DNA of 64,000 bases, from contig MU058781.1 of NCBI GenBank assembly GCA_013265495.1, positions 5,583,050-5,647,049 of the forward strand, in the 5' to 3' direction. The position numbers were made by a program, and so were the translations under genes. Below, one piece after another: positions 35,515 through 49,004 of the stretch. How positions within the stretch are numbered: the first letter of the stretch is position 1; each line of letters opens with the position of its first letter. The notes beneath the pieces are model-generated. The model saw only the letters and a program-made list of their open reading frames with translations, did no database searches and was not told where the DNA came from. The stretch comes from Vicugna vicugna. Its lineage: Eukaryota.

Positions 35515-37608
35515 CTGGGAAAATGAAAGGATGGGGACAAGGGGAAGAAGGGAGAGGGAATCAGAACTTGAGCACCGGAAAAGACCGCCCTGCGCGACGG
35601 TAACACTAGGCTTCTGATTTCAGTGGGAATTCCAAACACCCTCCATGAGCCCCAGTGTCAGAGCAGGGCAAAGGCTGGCCGTGTTGGATAGCACATCGGG
35701 AAGATTATGAAGACACGGAGCAAGCTGAAACCTTTGGATGGATTTGGCAACTCTCCTAAGACATCTCTCTCAATACCCTCTCTTCTTCTTCTTCTTCTTC
35801 TTTTTTTTTTCTCTTTTCTTTTTAGAGGGCAGATAGAGAAGTTTCTTAGTTTCCCTTGCAGAAATGCTGGTCCCACTCCTCATCTCTTTGCTACCTCACT
35901 GGACAATTAAAAGGAAGCCCACAAGGAGGATGAGGACCAGTGAAGGCCTGCAGGACCTGCCCTCTGAGCCGGGCACTGGGAGGACAAAGTTAGGAACCGG
36001 GGACTCCTGTGTTATCTATGGTTCCTCCTCTACCACCAGCACTACTTAAAGATTCCTCTGACTCTGGGTCCATTCCTGAATCTACCTGGAATCTCTCTTC
36101 CCCAACACACACACAGGCCAACTCAGCAGATGCAGCCCCAAATAACCCTGTTCTCCACAAGTTTCCAAACAGTTCCCAGTACAGCTACTCATATGGTAAC
36201 AGAAAGCCAAAAGGAATCTGTGAGACAGTTAAAACACCAATGAGGTAACGGTTTTAAAAAATGGAATCATCAGGATGATGCACTGAGGGTGCCCTGAATG
36301 AGGGTGACATGCTTGCTTCACGCCTACCTCTTCTTTTTCTTTACAAGTGGTCTTTGAATTTTCTCTCTACACTCTCCACCCCTTTCTCCTTGGAAAAGGC
36401 CAATCCACTCTTAACCCCAGAGATGAAACCTCTGCCCAGCCAATCAGGCCTGTGTGTTTCCACCTGGACATCCAAGTAGTGAGCCTGGAGCCACTTTACA
36501 TGGACACATGTCTCAGTCTTTCAGGAACCACCTCACTCCAAGTGACCACGGGCAGACAGACGTCCACCTGGCAAGAGGCGATCATCAGTGGAACCATCAG
36601 GAACCAGGCTAACAGGCAGCAGATGTGAGGGCTGCCTATGGGCGGGTGCAGCTGCCGCCGCCGTGGGCAATGAATGTCAGGTGCTGTGACCCCGGGAAGC
36701 CGGGGGACGGGGCTCTGGGAACCCCAGGCCCCGAGTTTTAGCATTTCTCCTACCCAGACCCCCCTTCTCTACGGTCTGAGGTTAAAACAAACACAAGCAG
36801 GCAGCAGTCTCTGGCATTTGAACCTTGTTCACACCGAGGTGATGGCAATGCCCCTTACTTATAACACAGCCCTTTTCTCTCTGCCACCCTGTGCTCCCCC
36901 CTCCCTGCACCAGCTCGTCCCACATCTCTGCTTGACAGCTTACACTTCCCCACCCTCATCTGAAATTTTTTATTTTTGGCCAATGATTTAGTGGCCCTTG
37001 TTGGTTTAGTTCCACATCATTAATGAACATTATGGTGAAAGGACAAATGACATACACAAAAGTTCTCCATCCTTCACAGTTGTGAAGGTATGTGACCAGG
37101 TATTCAGGAAGGTAGAGATTTAGAAATCTGGTATCTCAATCCAAAGGGCATTTCCTTAAGAATAAGGCATCTTACATGACAAGGGAGGCACTTTCAAGAC
37201 TGGGATGGAAACAAAAAAACAAACAAAAGAAGAAGATCTAAAATATTAACGCTGAAGAAATATCTGTGTCAAAGGAGTAATGTCAATTATTTTCCCTCAT
37301 GACCTAGGGCTTTGTAAGTCCCAGATAACTATGTTCTGCATAGCCATCTCTTATACCGCACGTAATTTACACCCCATAGTGCAAATCAATTAAGATGACA
37401 GTGCTGTTTTCAAAACAATGATAGAATAAAATTAAACTGCAAAAACCAAAAACAGTTGCCCATTTTGGCTGCTTAAGAAGTACTGATAACGATCTTTTAT
37501 CTCTAGATTTCAAGTCACTCTAAGAAAGAAAGTGTATACACTTTGACATTCCCATACCGACTAGCAAAGAAAAGTCATTTAGGGAATGGACTCAAAACAA
37601 ACTGCTCC

Positions 37609-37627
37609 ACGCGCCCCCTGCTGGCTC
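37609..37627 (-). promoter_or_regulatory. Candidate CTCF site (GAGCCAGCAGGGGGCGCGT)
   Basis: Consensus core CCAGCAGGGGGCGC with CpGs retained in AT-rich surroundings. Confidence 0.65.
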
Positions 37628-38424
37628 TACAATAGCACTGATCTAATAAAACCTCACAGGATTTCATTAGGGATGTTCAGGCAAGAGGGGTATGTCAGAA
37701 TCCGGAATGAGAGTATTTGCATATAGTAGCCCAGCCTGTAAGGGAATAGGTTAATTAGCCCACGGCAGCTCCAGGGAAGAAGAAAAAACAGCAGCATAAA
37801 AGTCCTTTCAAAGCCAAAATGTCAAACACATTCCGAAAGACGTCTATTAGCAATGCAAATGTAAAACTGTCTGTACGACCAAATGCATGAGACACAAAAC
37901 TAGAAAACCCCGCTGAAGGTACTTTTTAAAAAAGAACTCAGCTTTAGTGAATTTGAAGAAGAATGCTGGCTTGCTCTTCAATAGTGCCTTGGTTTGTACA
38001 CACTTTTATTTGAGAGACACTGGCTTAGTGGGCCCGGAAGATCTCAGTATAGACTTCGTGGCTGGTCTTCTGCTCATGGACCGCTAAGATATACTGGCCT
38101 TAACACATAAATCCAAATGTATTCTTCTGAAAAGCTGTCCACTGATAAACATCTTTTCCAGTTAAGACTAATGATAAATCAAAGATACAAAGATTAACTG
38201 GAGTGACCCGGGACCAGACTGATACAAATTTCAACTTATCCTCCTCTTAGATTTAGAAAGACCATGTCTCCTATTTACAAGTGCAGTTTAGAGGATTCGG
38301 GGCTCTTTGATTCCAGGGCATGTGGTCTCTTCTGTGTGTTTCATTAGCTCTCTGTACTATCTGTATCTCCCACCAGGGGAAAATCATTGTGAGGGTAGGG
38401 ACTGTGCCTTGCTATATTTTCAGT

Positions 38425-38443
38425 GAACCACGAGAGGGCGCCA
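38425..38443 (+). promoter_or_regulatory. Candidate CTCF site (GAACCACGAGAGGGCGCCA)
   Basis: Matches CCACNAGRKGGCGC. Confidence 0.55.
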
Positions 38444-38997
38444 CAGTACACCACCGTGTCTCTGGTACACTGGATGATAGTTCACGGGATTAAAAGAATT
38501 GAGAGGTAAATTATGAAGGTGAAAATACAGTAGGGAGAAGGACGGGAGAGAGAAAGACTAGGGAGAAGAGAAGAAAAAAGTGGAGCGGGATGTCTGCTTT
38601 CAGGGTCTCTTTCTAGCTGTAGACAAATGGCCACTGTGTCCCTAATTGTCATCTCAGCGCTGAAACACACCAGCGGCTCAGCAGGTCGCTGAGATCTCAC
38701 CTCTGGGTGTACCTGCCACGACAGAAAGATTTCGTGGAAACATGGGGCCACATGTGGTTATAGAAATGCTGTTATCAAAGAGCCACATATGCAGAACGTA
38801 TGTTTAAACATTATGATTAGGAAAAGGAAAGTGAACAGGAATTAATAAAAGCATCAAGACGAATTTATTTAGGGTTGGCTAAGTATGGTTTGCCTGATCA
38901 TCACTGTTCTGAACACGTTCATCTTTAGCATCTTTATACCTACATTTCTCTCTCTCTCTCCATCAGTATTTGGAAATTTAGCTCAGTGACATAAGGC

Positions 38998-39147
38998 CTT
39001 GCTCTTCCAAGTGTGGTCCTCAGACCAGCTCCCCCAGTAGCTTTAGAAATGCAGAAGCTCAGGCCCCACCCAGACCTCCTGGTTCAGAGCCTGCATTTCA
39101 ACAAAATCTCCAGATGACTCCTATGCACTGCGAGGTGTGAGACACTC
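38998..39147. mobile_element. MER5A hAT-Charlie element
   Basis: 'caagtgtggtcctcagaccagc...ttagaaatgcagaagctcaggccccacccagacctcctg...ctgcatttcaacaaaatctccagatgactcctatgcac'. Confidence 0.85.
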
Positions 39148-40841
39148 AGCTTGTGCCCAGAAGCTCCTGAATAAAGCAAACATCTCTAGCCTCTTTCTAA
39201 TGGAGCAGATGCTGGGAAACAAGCTAGATGCTGCCAGCAAACAGCACTGATGGAGCCTCCGACATAAGCAGCTAATACTCAGGTGGAACTCGGCGGCTGA
39301 CTTTGGGGTCACCTTGGCCACCTAACGCAGTTCCAAGTAGCAGATGCTCCTTTCCTTCTGGTTCTTTCTACCTTCAAAAACTACGGGAAAACACACTTTA
39401 AAAAGACTATCATCATAAATTTTTATATGTGACTCAATCATCTCTAGGAAGAAAAACAAACTTTAAGGAAGCCCCATACATCTATCTTTGCTAGAATTCA
39501 GAAACCCCCGCCCTCCCATTACCGTGGATTCAAGATGGTTTCAGAAGTGATCCCCACGGACTCTGAGTCGTGTAAATAACAACCAACTGCTTTGAATGGA
39601 AGACATGCCCAGAATATGATAAAGAAAGTCTTAAAATGCATAAACCGGGTTGCTCTGACCAGCACCCTCCATCCTGTGAGTTCCTCAGCTTGAGTGAAAC
39701 CCGTGACTGTGTGGCATGTATGTCTATGCACAGCAAAGGCATGATTTCAGTTTCAAAGAGGAGGAAACGCAGCCTGGTGAGCTTGGGTCAATTCTGGAAA
39801 AACCATACGACCACTGAGGAGACAGAACACCTGGACCTGGTGGGAGAGGTCACTAGGACACAGGAAGGATTCTTCAAGTCCTGACACGCAAATCTCTTGT
39901 TTTACTATGTTATTAAACAGGAAGACCTGTGTCGTGCAAGGGCAGAAGGCACTCCATTTACATTAAATATTAAAAAACAGGTGTGACCCTAACATCCTTG
40001 GGGTTTCCAGGATGGAGAAAGACAGGCTGGATGATAGGATAATTAGTTACCTTCATGGTTGACTGAACAAGCATGCCCCCAAAGAAAGTGGATCACATAT
40101 TCATTCATCAAACACTTACTTTGTTTCCAGTACATACAGTGGACCTCAACTGTTCAATGTTAGTGTGGAGCAAATGGTATGCCAAAACTCTATTTTTAGT
40201 TCTATTCAACATTTTATTAGTATTTTGGTTATCATATTTAGAGGTAACAGAAAGCTGGAATGGAAGCTCCATGTATTACTGCAATTAATATCCAAAAATA
40301 TCTTGAAAAGCTAGAAGTGAGGGCACAAAACCAAAAAAAAAAAAAAAAGAAATTAAGATTAGTAAGAATAAATATAAATGCCCTGCCCTGAGTTTCAATA
40401 GCTCAGTTAGTCTAGTAGCAGGGTTAGAGAGATTAGGCTTAAGTCAGATCAAAGAGCCTAGGAATTTTCTGTTTGACTATCCATTCAATATGAACCAACA
40501 GTCAGGTATGGTGCCTACAAGCTGGTGTTAACTGTAAACTTCATTTAAAAAAAAAAAAGCACAATGTTCCCAATAAGGTAATAAACAGTGTCACAGTATT
40601 TGGCAACAGTAAAGCCACAAAGCACTGAGGCAGGAGGACACTGGCGGGCATGTCCAGGGTGGGGTGATGGGGTTAGTGGGAGGCCTGGACTCAAGACAGG
40701 CAAGTAACAGCTCAGGCAACTGGAGGGCGTGGTCTGGGGAAGGATGGAAAGAGCTGGAGCAGAGGTGCGATGCTCAGATCCCTACAGGGCCGCCCGTGGA
40801 AGGCAGGAGAAAAGAACTGAGCTCCAAAATACACTGGTACA

Positions 40842-41063
40842 CAGCTGACGCTTGAAGAACATGGGCTTGAACTGCACAGGTCCTACTCACATGCGGAGTT
40901 TTTTCAGTAAATACTCTACAGTACTATGCAATCTGTGGTTGGTTGAATCCATGGATACAAAACCATCTACACAGAGGGCCAGCTAAGGGTCTTGAGCACC
41001 TGTATCTAGTGGTACACATGAGAGCTCCTGGAACCAATCCCCATGGATGCTGAGGGATGACTG
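40842..41063. mobile_element. Tigger2/MER8-like MITE
   Basis: Starts 'cagctgacgcttgaagaacatgggcttgaactgcacaggtcc', ends 'ggaaccaatccccatggatgctgagggatgactg-ta' (degenerate CAG...CTG terminal repeats). Confidence 0.8.
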
Positions 41064-44000
41064 TATATGCAAGAAATGAGAAAGTAATCAGAACACTTAA
41101 AATGGGCCAGGCCGTCTCATGAGGTAGGGATCCCTGTGTCTCCCAAGCGTTGAGGCAGAGTCGGGGACTCCAGCTGATGGCCTCAGGTGGGAAAGAGGCA
41201 GAACCCGTAGGGATGAGCGGGAGAGACCATGCCCAGGGCGGCCCTGGGCCCCACATGGCACTAATCGTGGGCTTGGGGGCGTGGCACTCAGTGTTAGAGG
41301 CTGAGTTGGGTAAAGAAAGGAAATCAAGCTCTTCCGACTTCACAGGCAAGCGAGCCCGGGACCCCTAGCACCACACAGCACCAAGCTCAACGTGCCCACC
41401 TGATGGTGATCCGGCTCCCAGCAGAGCTGAAAACCCAGAGGGGGATCCTGCACGGGCCAGACGTGGGGAACCGCGGACACCACCCTGCGGCGTGAACAAG
41501 CTCTGTCTCCCTCCAACATCACACAACAGCCGCGAGCTCAGGTCTGCATCAGGGTGCAGGACCCCTCGGTCAGCGCCGTGATGCACACCACACAGGGCTG
41601 TCCTTAGAGGCGGGCACCTGCCACTCCCGCAGACAGCTGGGATCCCAGTGGGACGGGGACCGGCGGGGGCAAACAGGCCCCTTCTGTATATTACTAGCAC
41701 CAGGAATAACAGTTTGGAGGGGAGCCCTGTTCATCTGTAGATCTGGGAGCCATGAATGCAATGACTACATGTAATGCGATAATTAAAAAATTTAAATCCA
41801 CCCATAAGAACGCAGCCACATTTGGGTGCTCCCTGGCTGGGGGAAGTTCTGGGGGCAGCAGAGTGACGCAGAGCCACTGTTCTGGTTAAAGGCCTTGACA
41901 GGGATGCTGACGGGGATTCGGCAGGATGCACCACTGTTAGCCTATCTGGTCCACGCGAGAGGAGCGGCGCTGGGGGTGTTTCTAGCGCGTCTGGCCACCT
42001 CTGAAAACACAGGGAGATCTGTTCTGCGGGTGGCGTCCACCGCATGGGGGACACGGCCCATGTCTGCGTCCGCAGGAGGTCGGGCCTGAGGGGGAGGGCA
42101 GAGGGCCGAGGCCCACAGCTGGCCGGGGCTCCCCCCGGGGCCGGCTCACGTGCGACATGGCTGCAGCATCTGGGCAGCCAGTGTCCCCTGGCAGCCTGCC
42201 TGTGCTGGGATTCCTGGAAAGGCTCAAGACGGAAAAGTAATCACTTGGAGGGAGAACCATCTGGATCAGAACCGCTCCCAAATGAATTGTCCGAGAGACG
42301 TTGTGTTTGAGTTTTTAAGAAAAGCTGGAAATGCCTTTCTGTCAAGACCTTCCCTGGTTCAATACATAAGCAAATAAATACCTTTCTGCTCTCAAGTGTC
42401 CTGTGTGCCGGGTCGGGTCAGCTCCCCAGGCACCCAGATCTCTGTTTATCCACCACTCTGGCTGAAGGTACTTTCCACCACCCCGTCCTCAGGGGTTCTT
42501 ATCCCGCTCCTGGGTGAACTGCTTTAAGGAAGGACAGACAGACCACTGGGACAAGAGGCAAAGAACCGGCCATAGTAACATGGTTAGACGTGGGATGAGG
42601 AGATGAGACTCTCATTTTTTTTACTTTCAATTTAAGGTCCTTAGCACTGCAGTCAGCTGTCATTAAGCATTCACATCCATCGGCGTATTTGGAACATCAG
42701 GATAAAATATTATTAGTAGTAATACCGATAGGAAGGTCGCACATTAAGAGTCTTACTAGTACCAGTGAGGAGGACACAGAGCAGCACAAAGGGGCGGCTG
42801 TGGTTTCAGGTGGCATACAAGTTCAAAACCTGGCTTCACTCCGACTGCCTGTGGAATCCTTGTCTTTCTTTTAACGTGATTTTTATGTTACTCCAAATTA
42901 TACATGCATCCAGCTTAGGGAGGTATTTCAACCATGTGAAATCTTGTAGTTACTACCTCTGCCTATACAGTCGGGAGGAAGTCGCATGCCCGCGCCCGGC
43001 GTACTGCGCGCGCTCAGTGAGTGGCGGTCGTCCTGACCGGAATTCGGCAGGTCTCCTCACGATCCCCTGGTTTTCACCCGCAGTGACTTGCGGCCCTTCT
43101 GTCCTGGTTCCGTGATCCGATCAACACAATACCTTCAAAACCCTCAATCCTTTCCAGCATATCTGTTTTCTGGTTTTTTTCCCTCACACCTGTGATTTAC
43201 ACTAAAGAGAAAGTCCTGGATGTTTGAGAATTTATTTTCTTTCTTCAGCTGATAGAAAGGATTCTATTTATAACAGTTCCCAACGCACAATCCCCCATTC
43301 ACACCAAAAAGCTCGAAAGAATCAACGGCAAGGTGCAATGCTCAGCGCGTCTTGGTAAGGGTTAAGGGCAACGGGCCCTGGGTCCACCCTGCCTGCTCTC
43401 CCACAATACTTAGATGCCAAGTTCCCCAAGGCCTGCTGAGGAGACACAGGATCTGCTCTCCACAGCCCACGGGGAAGGCTGCCAGCTGTCCGCTCACACA
43501 CTCTCATCGGCTCTGCTACATGCCACAAAGTGCCGGGCCAGCAGTGGCTGGAGCTTCGGGAGGTGAGATAGCCCACGTTTACAAACAGACAATGTGAAAA
43601 CCTCCATCAAGTCAGAAAAATGCCTCTCTGGAACCAAGGTACTCTGAGAGGGTCGCGAGGCATCCACTGGCCTTGACGTGGCCGCATGGAAAGGACATGG
43701 GAGGCTCCGGATAATCATAAACTAACCAGTCCTTCCTCTTGGAAGTTCCCTGGTGGCGTTTTCCAGTCTCTGGGACACTACAACTCTTCCGTCCTCTTGA
43801 TGGCAAAGGCCCTGAGTCCTCCTGGGACCCAGCGTCTTAAGGCAAAGCAGGTGTGATGGAAGCCCCCGCGGCTCTCCTTGTGTTGACTGCAGCAACGCTG
43901 TCATCCAAGCAACAACCGGGGTAAGACGTCCCTTGTAAAGATGAGGACACTGAGCCTCAGCCTGTTAAGTGACCCCCTTCAGGTTACATGGATGGCAGAA

Positions 44001-44064
44001 GACAGACACCTTGGCTCATCTGATACAAACACCTGAGCTCCAGTTCCTGGGTTATGCAGTGGAT

Positions 44065-44690
44065 CTGCTGGGATGTGGTGCAGGGTTAACCTCATCCAAA
44101 GAGTTCTGGCCTTTGCCCTTGGCTCCTGGGAGGTGATCTTGAGGCGGCTGGAATGTGCTGTCTGATAGGAGTATGTCTGTTCGCCTGGGGGCTTTGGCCA
44201 CCAGTCTACAATGAGATTTATGATGGGGGCTTTGGGCCCCATGCGGTATCGGTTGCAATGTCTGGAGGAACCAGTGACTAAAAGCACTCAGCCAACCTTG
44301 GGGTGGAGCTGGGGATGTCAGCACGCGGGCGGTGTGTGGCTGAGCTCCAGTAAAATCTCTAGACACGGGGGCTCAGGTAGCCCCCCTGGTGGCCTCCTCA
44401 TTCACTGTCGTACTTCAGGGCTGCTCCCCGCGAGCAGAGGATGCCTGGAAGCCCTGTGTTCGGAACCCTCCAGACCTCTGCCCTATATGCCTCCTCCTTG
44501 GTTGATTTTAATCTGTATCCTTCTCTGCAGTAAATTGTAACCATGAGTGTAACAGCTTTCAGTGAGCTCTGGGAGCCCTTCTAATGAGCTGCTTTGGGGA
44601 ACCCCTCCTCCCACAACTTGTAACTGGTGTCAGAAGTGAGGGCAGTCTCGTGGGAACTGTTCTCTACCTCTGTAAGTGGATCATAAACTC
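44065..44690 (+). mobile_element. MER21-like LTR
   Basis: 'ctggcctttgcccttggctcctgggaggtgatc...ccagtaaaatctctagacac...gtaaccatgagtgtaacagctttcagtgag...ctggtgtcagaagtgagggcagtct'. Confidence 0.75.
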
Positions 44691-45334
44691 CTTCTTATAG
44701 CTCACGATGGTTCAATGCTTAAACTAAAATAGATCACGTAATAAAATAAGCATAATAAAGGCCACCAGGGTTAAAGGATAAGAATGTATCACGAACCAAG
44801 GACTAGATCAATCCGAATTCATATGCCCCAAAGCAGTGGCCAGTGGCCAGGCAGATGCGTGGACCCGCAAGAGCGAGGGGAACATACAGCCCGGTGTAAT
44901 CTGATCTGGGCTGGGCCCTCACAGAGAAAGCCTCCTCATGGGAGTGACCCCGTGGCACACACACGTAAGGAGCACTGAGGGTGTCGCTTTTCTGGGTGCA
45001 GAGTTCCAAGTGTTGGAGCAGCGGGGACAGCCGGTCAGCTGACTTGCCGGTGTCTCAGTCTTCCCCGCAGCAGACTGAGACGTGACTTACTAGGAATCTC
45101 CTCTGGCCCCGGGGATGCTGAACGTCTCAGTGGACTAAAGGGAGGGCTGGGCTTCACCTCTGGCTCTCCAGAGTTTTGAGGAAGTGCCACCCCCACAGCC
45201 CTGAGGATGCTGCGTGTGGGCCTGCGACAGTCTTGCTGAACAATGAACGTCTCAGTGGCAGCGGCTCTGGGTGGAGAGACAGGAAACCCGGGAGCCTTGG
45301 TCTCAGTGCTTTGCCCTCCTCACCTGCAGATGAA

Positions 45335-45490
45335 GAAGTCAATCCTGGCTGCACAGCGGACTCACCGGGGGAACTTTAAAAAATAATACCTATGTCCAGA
45401 CTCACCCCAGACCACCTGAATCAGAGCCCCTGAAGGTGGAGGCCAGCACTGGCATTAAAAAATGTGCAGCTGGGGGAAGCACCCCTGGTA
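45335..45490. mobile_element. MER5-family DNA transposon fragment
   Basis: 'tcaatcctggctgcaca...tcaccgggggaactttaaaaaataatacc...ctgaatcagag'. Confidence 0.6.
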
Positions 45491-45629
45491 TAGGTGATCG
45501 TTAAGTCCGCTTTGAAGTCTATCACCCCCGGCAGGAAGTCTGTGATGTTTAAATACAGCCTCCAGCCCTTGGCCCCACCCCTGCCAGCATAAAAATGGTG
45601 TCCTCGCCTCCCTTAACTGCACTTTAAAA

Positions 45630-46163
45630 ATAAATTACACATCCACCATGAGATACCACTTCACATCCATCAGGATGGCCATTATTTAAAAGAAATACAG
45701 ATAAATAACAAATGTCAGTGAGGATGTGGAGACACCGGAACACTTGTGCATCCCTGCTGGGAATGTGAAATGGTGCAGCTGCTTTGGAAAAGCCTGGCAG
45801 CTCCTCAAAGAGTTAAACATAGAATTACCATCTGACCCGGCAATCCCACTTCTGCCGATAGACCCCAAGGAACCGAAAGCAGGGACTCAAACAGATACTG
45901 TGTGGCAACGCGCGCAACACCATCACTCACAGCAGACAAAAGGGAGGAACAACCTGAGTGTCCGTCAACAGAGAAACGGATAAACAGAACGGGGTCTATC
46001 CATCCAATGGACTGATTCAGCCTTCACGTTGAATGAAACTCTGACATCGGCTATCAGACCACTTCACAAAATGTTACGCTAAGAGGAAGAAGCCAGGCAC
46101 AAAAGGACAAACATTGCACGATTCCACTTACATGCGGTACCCAGAACAGGCAAATTCACAAGA
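45630..46163 (+). mobile_element. L1MB-like LINE fragment (ORF2 end and 3'UTR)
   Basis: 'atgagataccacttcacatccatcaggatggc...gaggatgtggag...gttaaacatagaattaccatctgacccggcaatcccac'; translation LKELNIELPSDPAIPLL is an L1 ORF2 C-terminal remnant. Confidence 0.9.
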
Positions 46164-47744
46164 TGCCTCATCACATACACACCCCATCCTGGGACTGTCT
46201 GCAGCCCCCACCCAGGCTAACGCTGCCACCTCCTCCACGCCTTTGCCACAGTGGGCCCCTGACGGCGACTTCCCTTTGTAATCATTCCTAAAATCTCGAC
46301 AAAGCCACTCACGACCACTGCCACGCTGCACATCCAGCCCTTCCTTCTTCGAGGCTCGCCAGCTCTTAGACAATGTGGTCGCTGTATTTTTTTTTTAATT
46401 TATTTTCATGCATCTTTCTCATGAGACTGCAAACTCCCTGTGCTGGACGCAGGCAGAATTTCTTAACACCGTGGGATTCTAGGGCTGGGTTCCTTCCTCT
46501 TTCTGCTTTACTGTTCTTACCCTGTGCCTGTCTACTGCTGTCCGGTCTCCCTTGGAAGTTGGCTACTAAAAGGCAAAGTGTTTCTGGATCTTCTAAATTT
46601 CTGGATGTCATTGTTCAGTGTTGGATCAGAAAGGGAACTCATGACAGAGGGACAAGAAATACGGTGTATCCGAAAGGCACTTGCACTTGGAGATTCCATT
46701 TCTCACACAAATTCTCATGTGAGATGATGAATCCCGGACACTTCCCGTAGCAAGAAGTAAATGTACGCCGTGTGAGACGCTGTTACGGATGTGTGCCGCA
46801 CGGGAAGGCCCCTAAAAACCCACAGTCTGTTGCCCAAAACCGTGTCCAGACGGTCCGCCCCTTAATCCCAAGGCAATGCTGCTGATCGTCTTTGGGTTTG
46901 CTGGACGGAGTATGTATTTACAAAGACAACAATTTTATTAAAACCAGCCTAGATCAAGCGTAGAAAGAACAGGGAGACGAGCTGGAACCATCAGCCAGGG
47001 TAAGAATTCGCTCTGAAATGTTTGTTTTAAAATTAGGGGTATGACTCACACTCACTGAATGGGTGGCTGAGTTCTGACCCTCCAAAGATGAACGGCTCAT
47101 TTTGAAAAACAGAGCAAGTGGGAAACCTACTTTCTACCTTTATTATTATTGTTTTTTTAATCCAGCGTGAGGCTGCGCAGTGGCATCCAAGATGCCCCTG
47201 CATCGTTTCCAATCACCAGCAAAACGGACCATGGGAATGGCTCGCTACCTGCAGCTGTTTTCCATCAAAACGCTGAGTGATCACCACAGCCGCCCCCGGG
47301 GGGCTCACACGGGGCCCGGCACGAAGCCGGTGGAATATTAAGGACGCTGAATGAGCTGCCAGAAATTTGGCTGCCAAACCGCTCCTCCTTGCCCTGGCTC
47401 AGCACCGTTAACTTAATCAGGTGTTCACTCAGTAAGGACATCCTCTACGCTCCCTGGAAGGGTGCCACCGCCCTCCGATCGAGGCACACTGACAAATCGA
47501 CAGGATTCAGCAGGAGACATCACGGATGGCTTTCTATTCTTTTATTTAATTTGGGGTCTGGGAAGAAGGGAATCCCTCTCCAGGCAGGACTTTTTGGATA
47601 TGCAAGGAAGGGAGGTTACAATGAAAAGCTGGTCAAACACTAAAGAGAAGACGGACCTTGCTCATCCTGTGCACTTAGAGACATCCAGCACGTTCTGCCA
47701 CGGCTCTTACTGCCAGGCGGTCAGCAGATGGTTGACTCTGATGT

Positions 47745-48190
47745 CACAGAGTCAACCTGGGCTAGACTTCTGGCTTTTGGCATTCGGTGACTGGTGACTT
47801 TAGGGAAGGCATTCAACTTGCGAAGCTTTGGTTTCCTCTTCAAGAAAACGGAGGCGACAGTGAGCTCTGTTTCACGGGGTTGTTAGGGAATTGCATTCTC
47901 CAGCACGCAGGCTGGAGAACCTCAAAGGAAGTTTTCCCCAAGCAGTGACCTGCTCCCACGCATCAAATGACCTCCTATCGTGGCCGTTGCGGGCACAGGC
48001 TTGGGATCCTAATTGCCAGAGTTGGAGCCCTGGCTCCTTCACCCACTGGCTGTGCCTCAGTTTCCTTATCTCTAAGGTGGGAATTATACCAGTGCTCAGC
48101 CCACATGGGCTTGCTGTGAGTCACACATTCAGAGAAGTAGACCAGGGCCTGGTCCAGTGCACCGCCTGCAAACACCGGGCTCACGTTACC
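47745..48190 (+). mobile_element. Two adjacent MIR fragments
   Basis: 'gtgactttagggaaggcattcaac...ggtttcctcttcaagaaaacggagg' and 'tgtgcctcagtttccttatctctaaggtgggaattata'. Confidence 0.65.
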
Positions 48191-48754
48191 ATCCCCTCTT
48201 GAGAAGGGCCCTCCTCCCCACCTCCTTCACTTGGGTCGTGTTTTCATCTGTATTAAAATTACACACTTTTCCTCCCTTGAGTTCTTTCCCAGGTCACTTC
48301 ACGCAACACATGTGCCAGTCAATTGCAGCAAAGATGCCGGCTGAAACAGTCTCTAATTACAAGAGAGACTCTCCTCCGTTAATGAGGGATTTCAAGTCTA
48401 GGCAGTTCAGAAAGTTCACTAAGTCTCTAAAACTTCTAGAAAATAATCCATACCAGTGCACTGATAGCTCTTCCCCCCTGGCCGGACTAAAGCTTTGTCT
48501 GTGGGACAAACGGTCTATCGCGTCTACATTTGAAACTAAAATTCAAATGCACTCATGTTTTAAATTTGGGGTTGTTTGTCTTATCTGCTGTTTCTTCCTG
48601 CAGTATAAATAGAAGCTCTCTGGCTTATTGGAACACAGAGCATGGTACACATTTTAGACACAATTACTCATTACAAATTAAATCAATCCCTTTCCTGTTT
48701 AACCTCTTTAGAATCCCGCCCCCTCATGAGAATCACACAACACTATAAACGCAC

Positions 48755-48755
<1 letters not shown>

Positions 48756-48809
<54 letters not shown>

Positions 48810-48826
48810 AAGAAAAAAAGAAAAAA
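48756..48826 (+). repeat. Poly(A) tract: A52 plus A-rich tail
   Basis: Unbroken A from 48756 to 48807, then gaaagaaaaaaagaaaaaa. Confidence 0.95.
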
Positions 48827-49004
48827 GGCCAGCTATTTTCTTTAAGACCCTAAGAGCAAGTGAGAGACAACAAATGCTGCTGCTGTAGGCTGGCAGCATT
48901 CACTGACTAACCTACATCGATCAGCAAGAAGATGTCACATGGACACACAGAAATGCAAAGAAAGGGAGTCGGTGCCCCGCTGACAGCAAAGCTCATTTTC
49001 TTTA

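Noticed and set aside
44377..44395. CTCF-like GGCCACCAGGGGGGCT on the minus strand inside the MER21-like LTR
   Set aside because: Extra G disrupts the GGC core; too weak to call.
48642..48899. Poly-Lys and poly-Phe ORFs
   Set aside because: Translations of the poly(A) tract.
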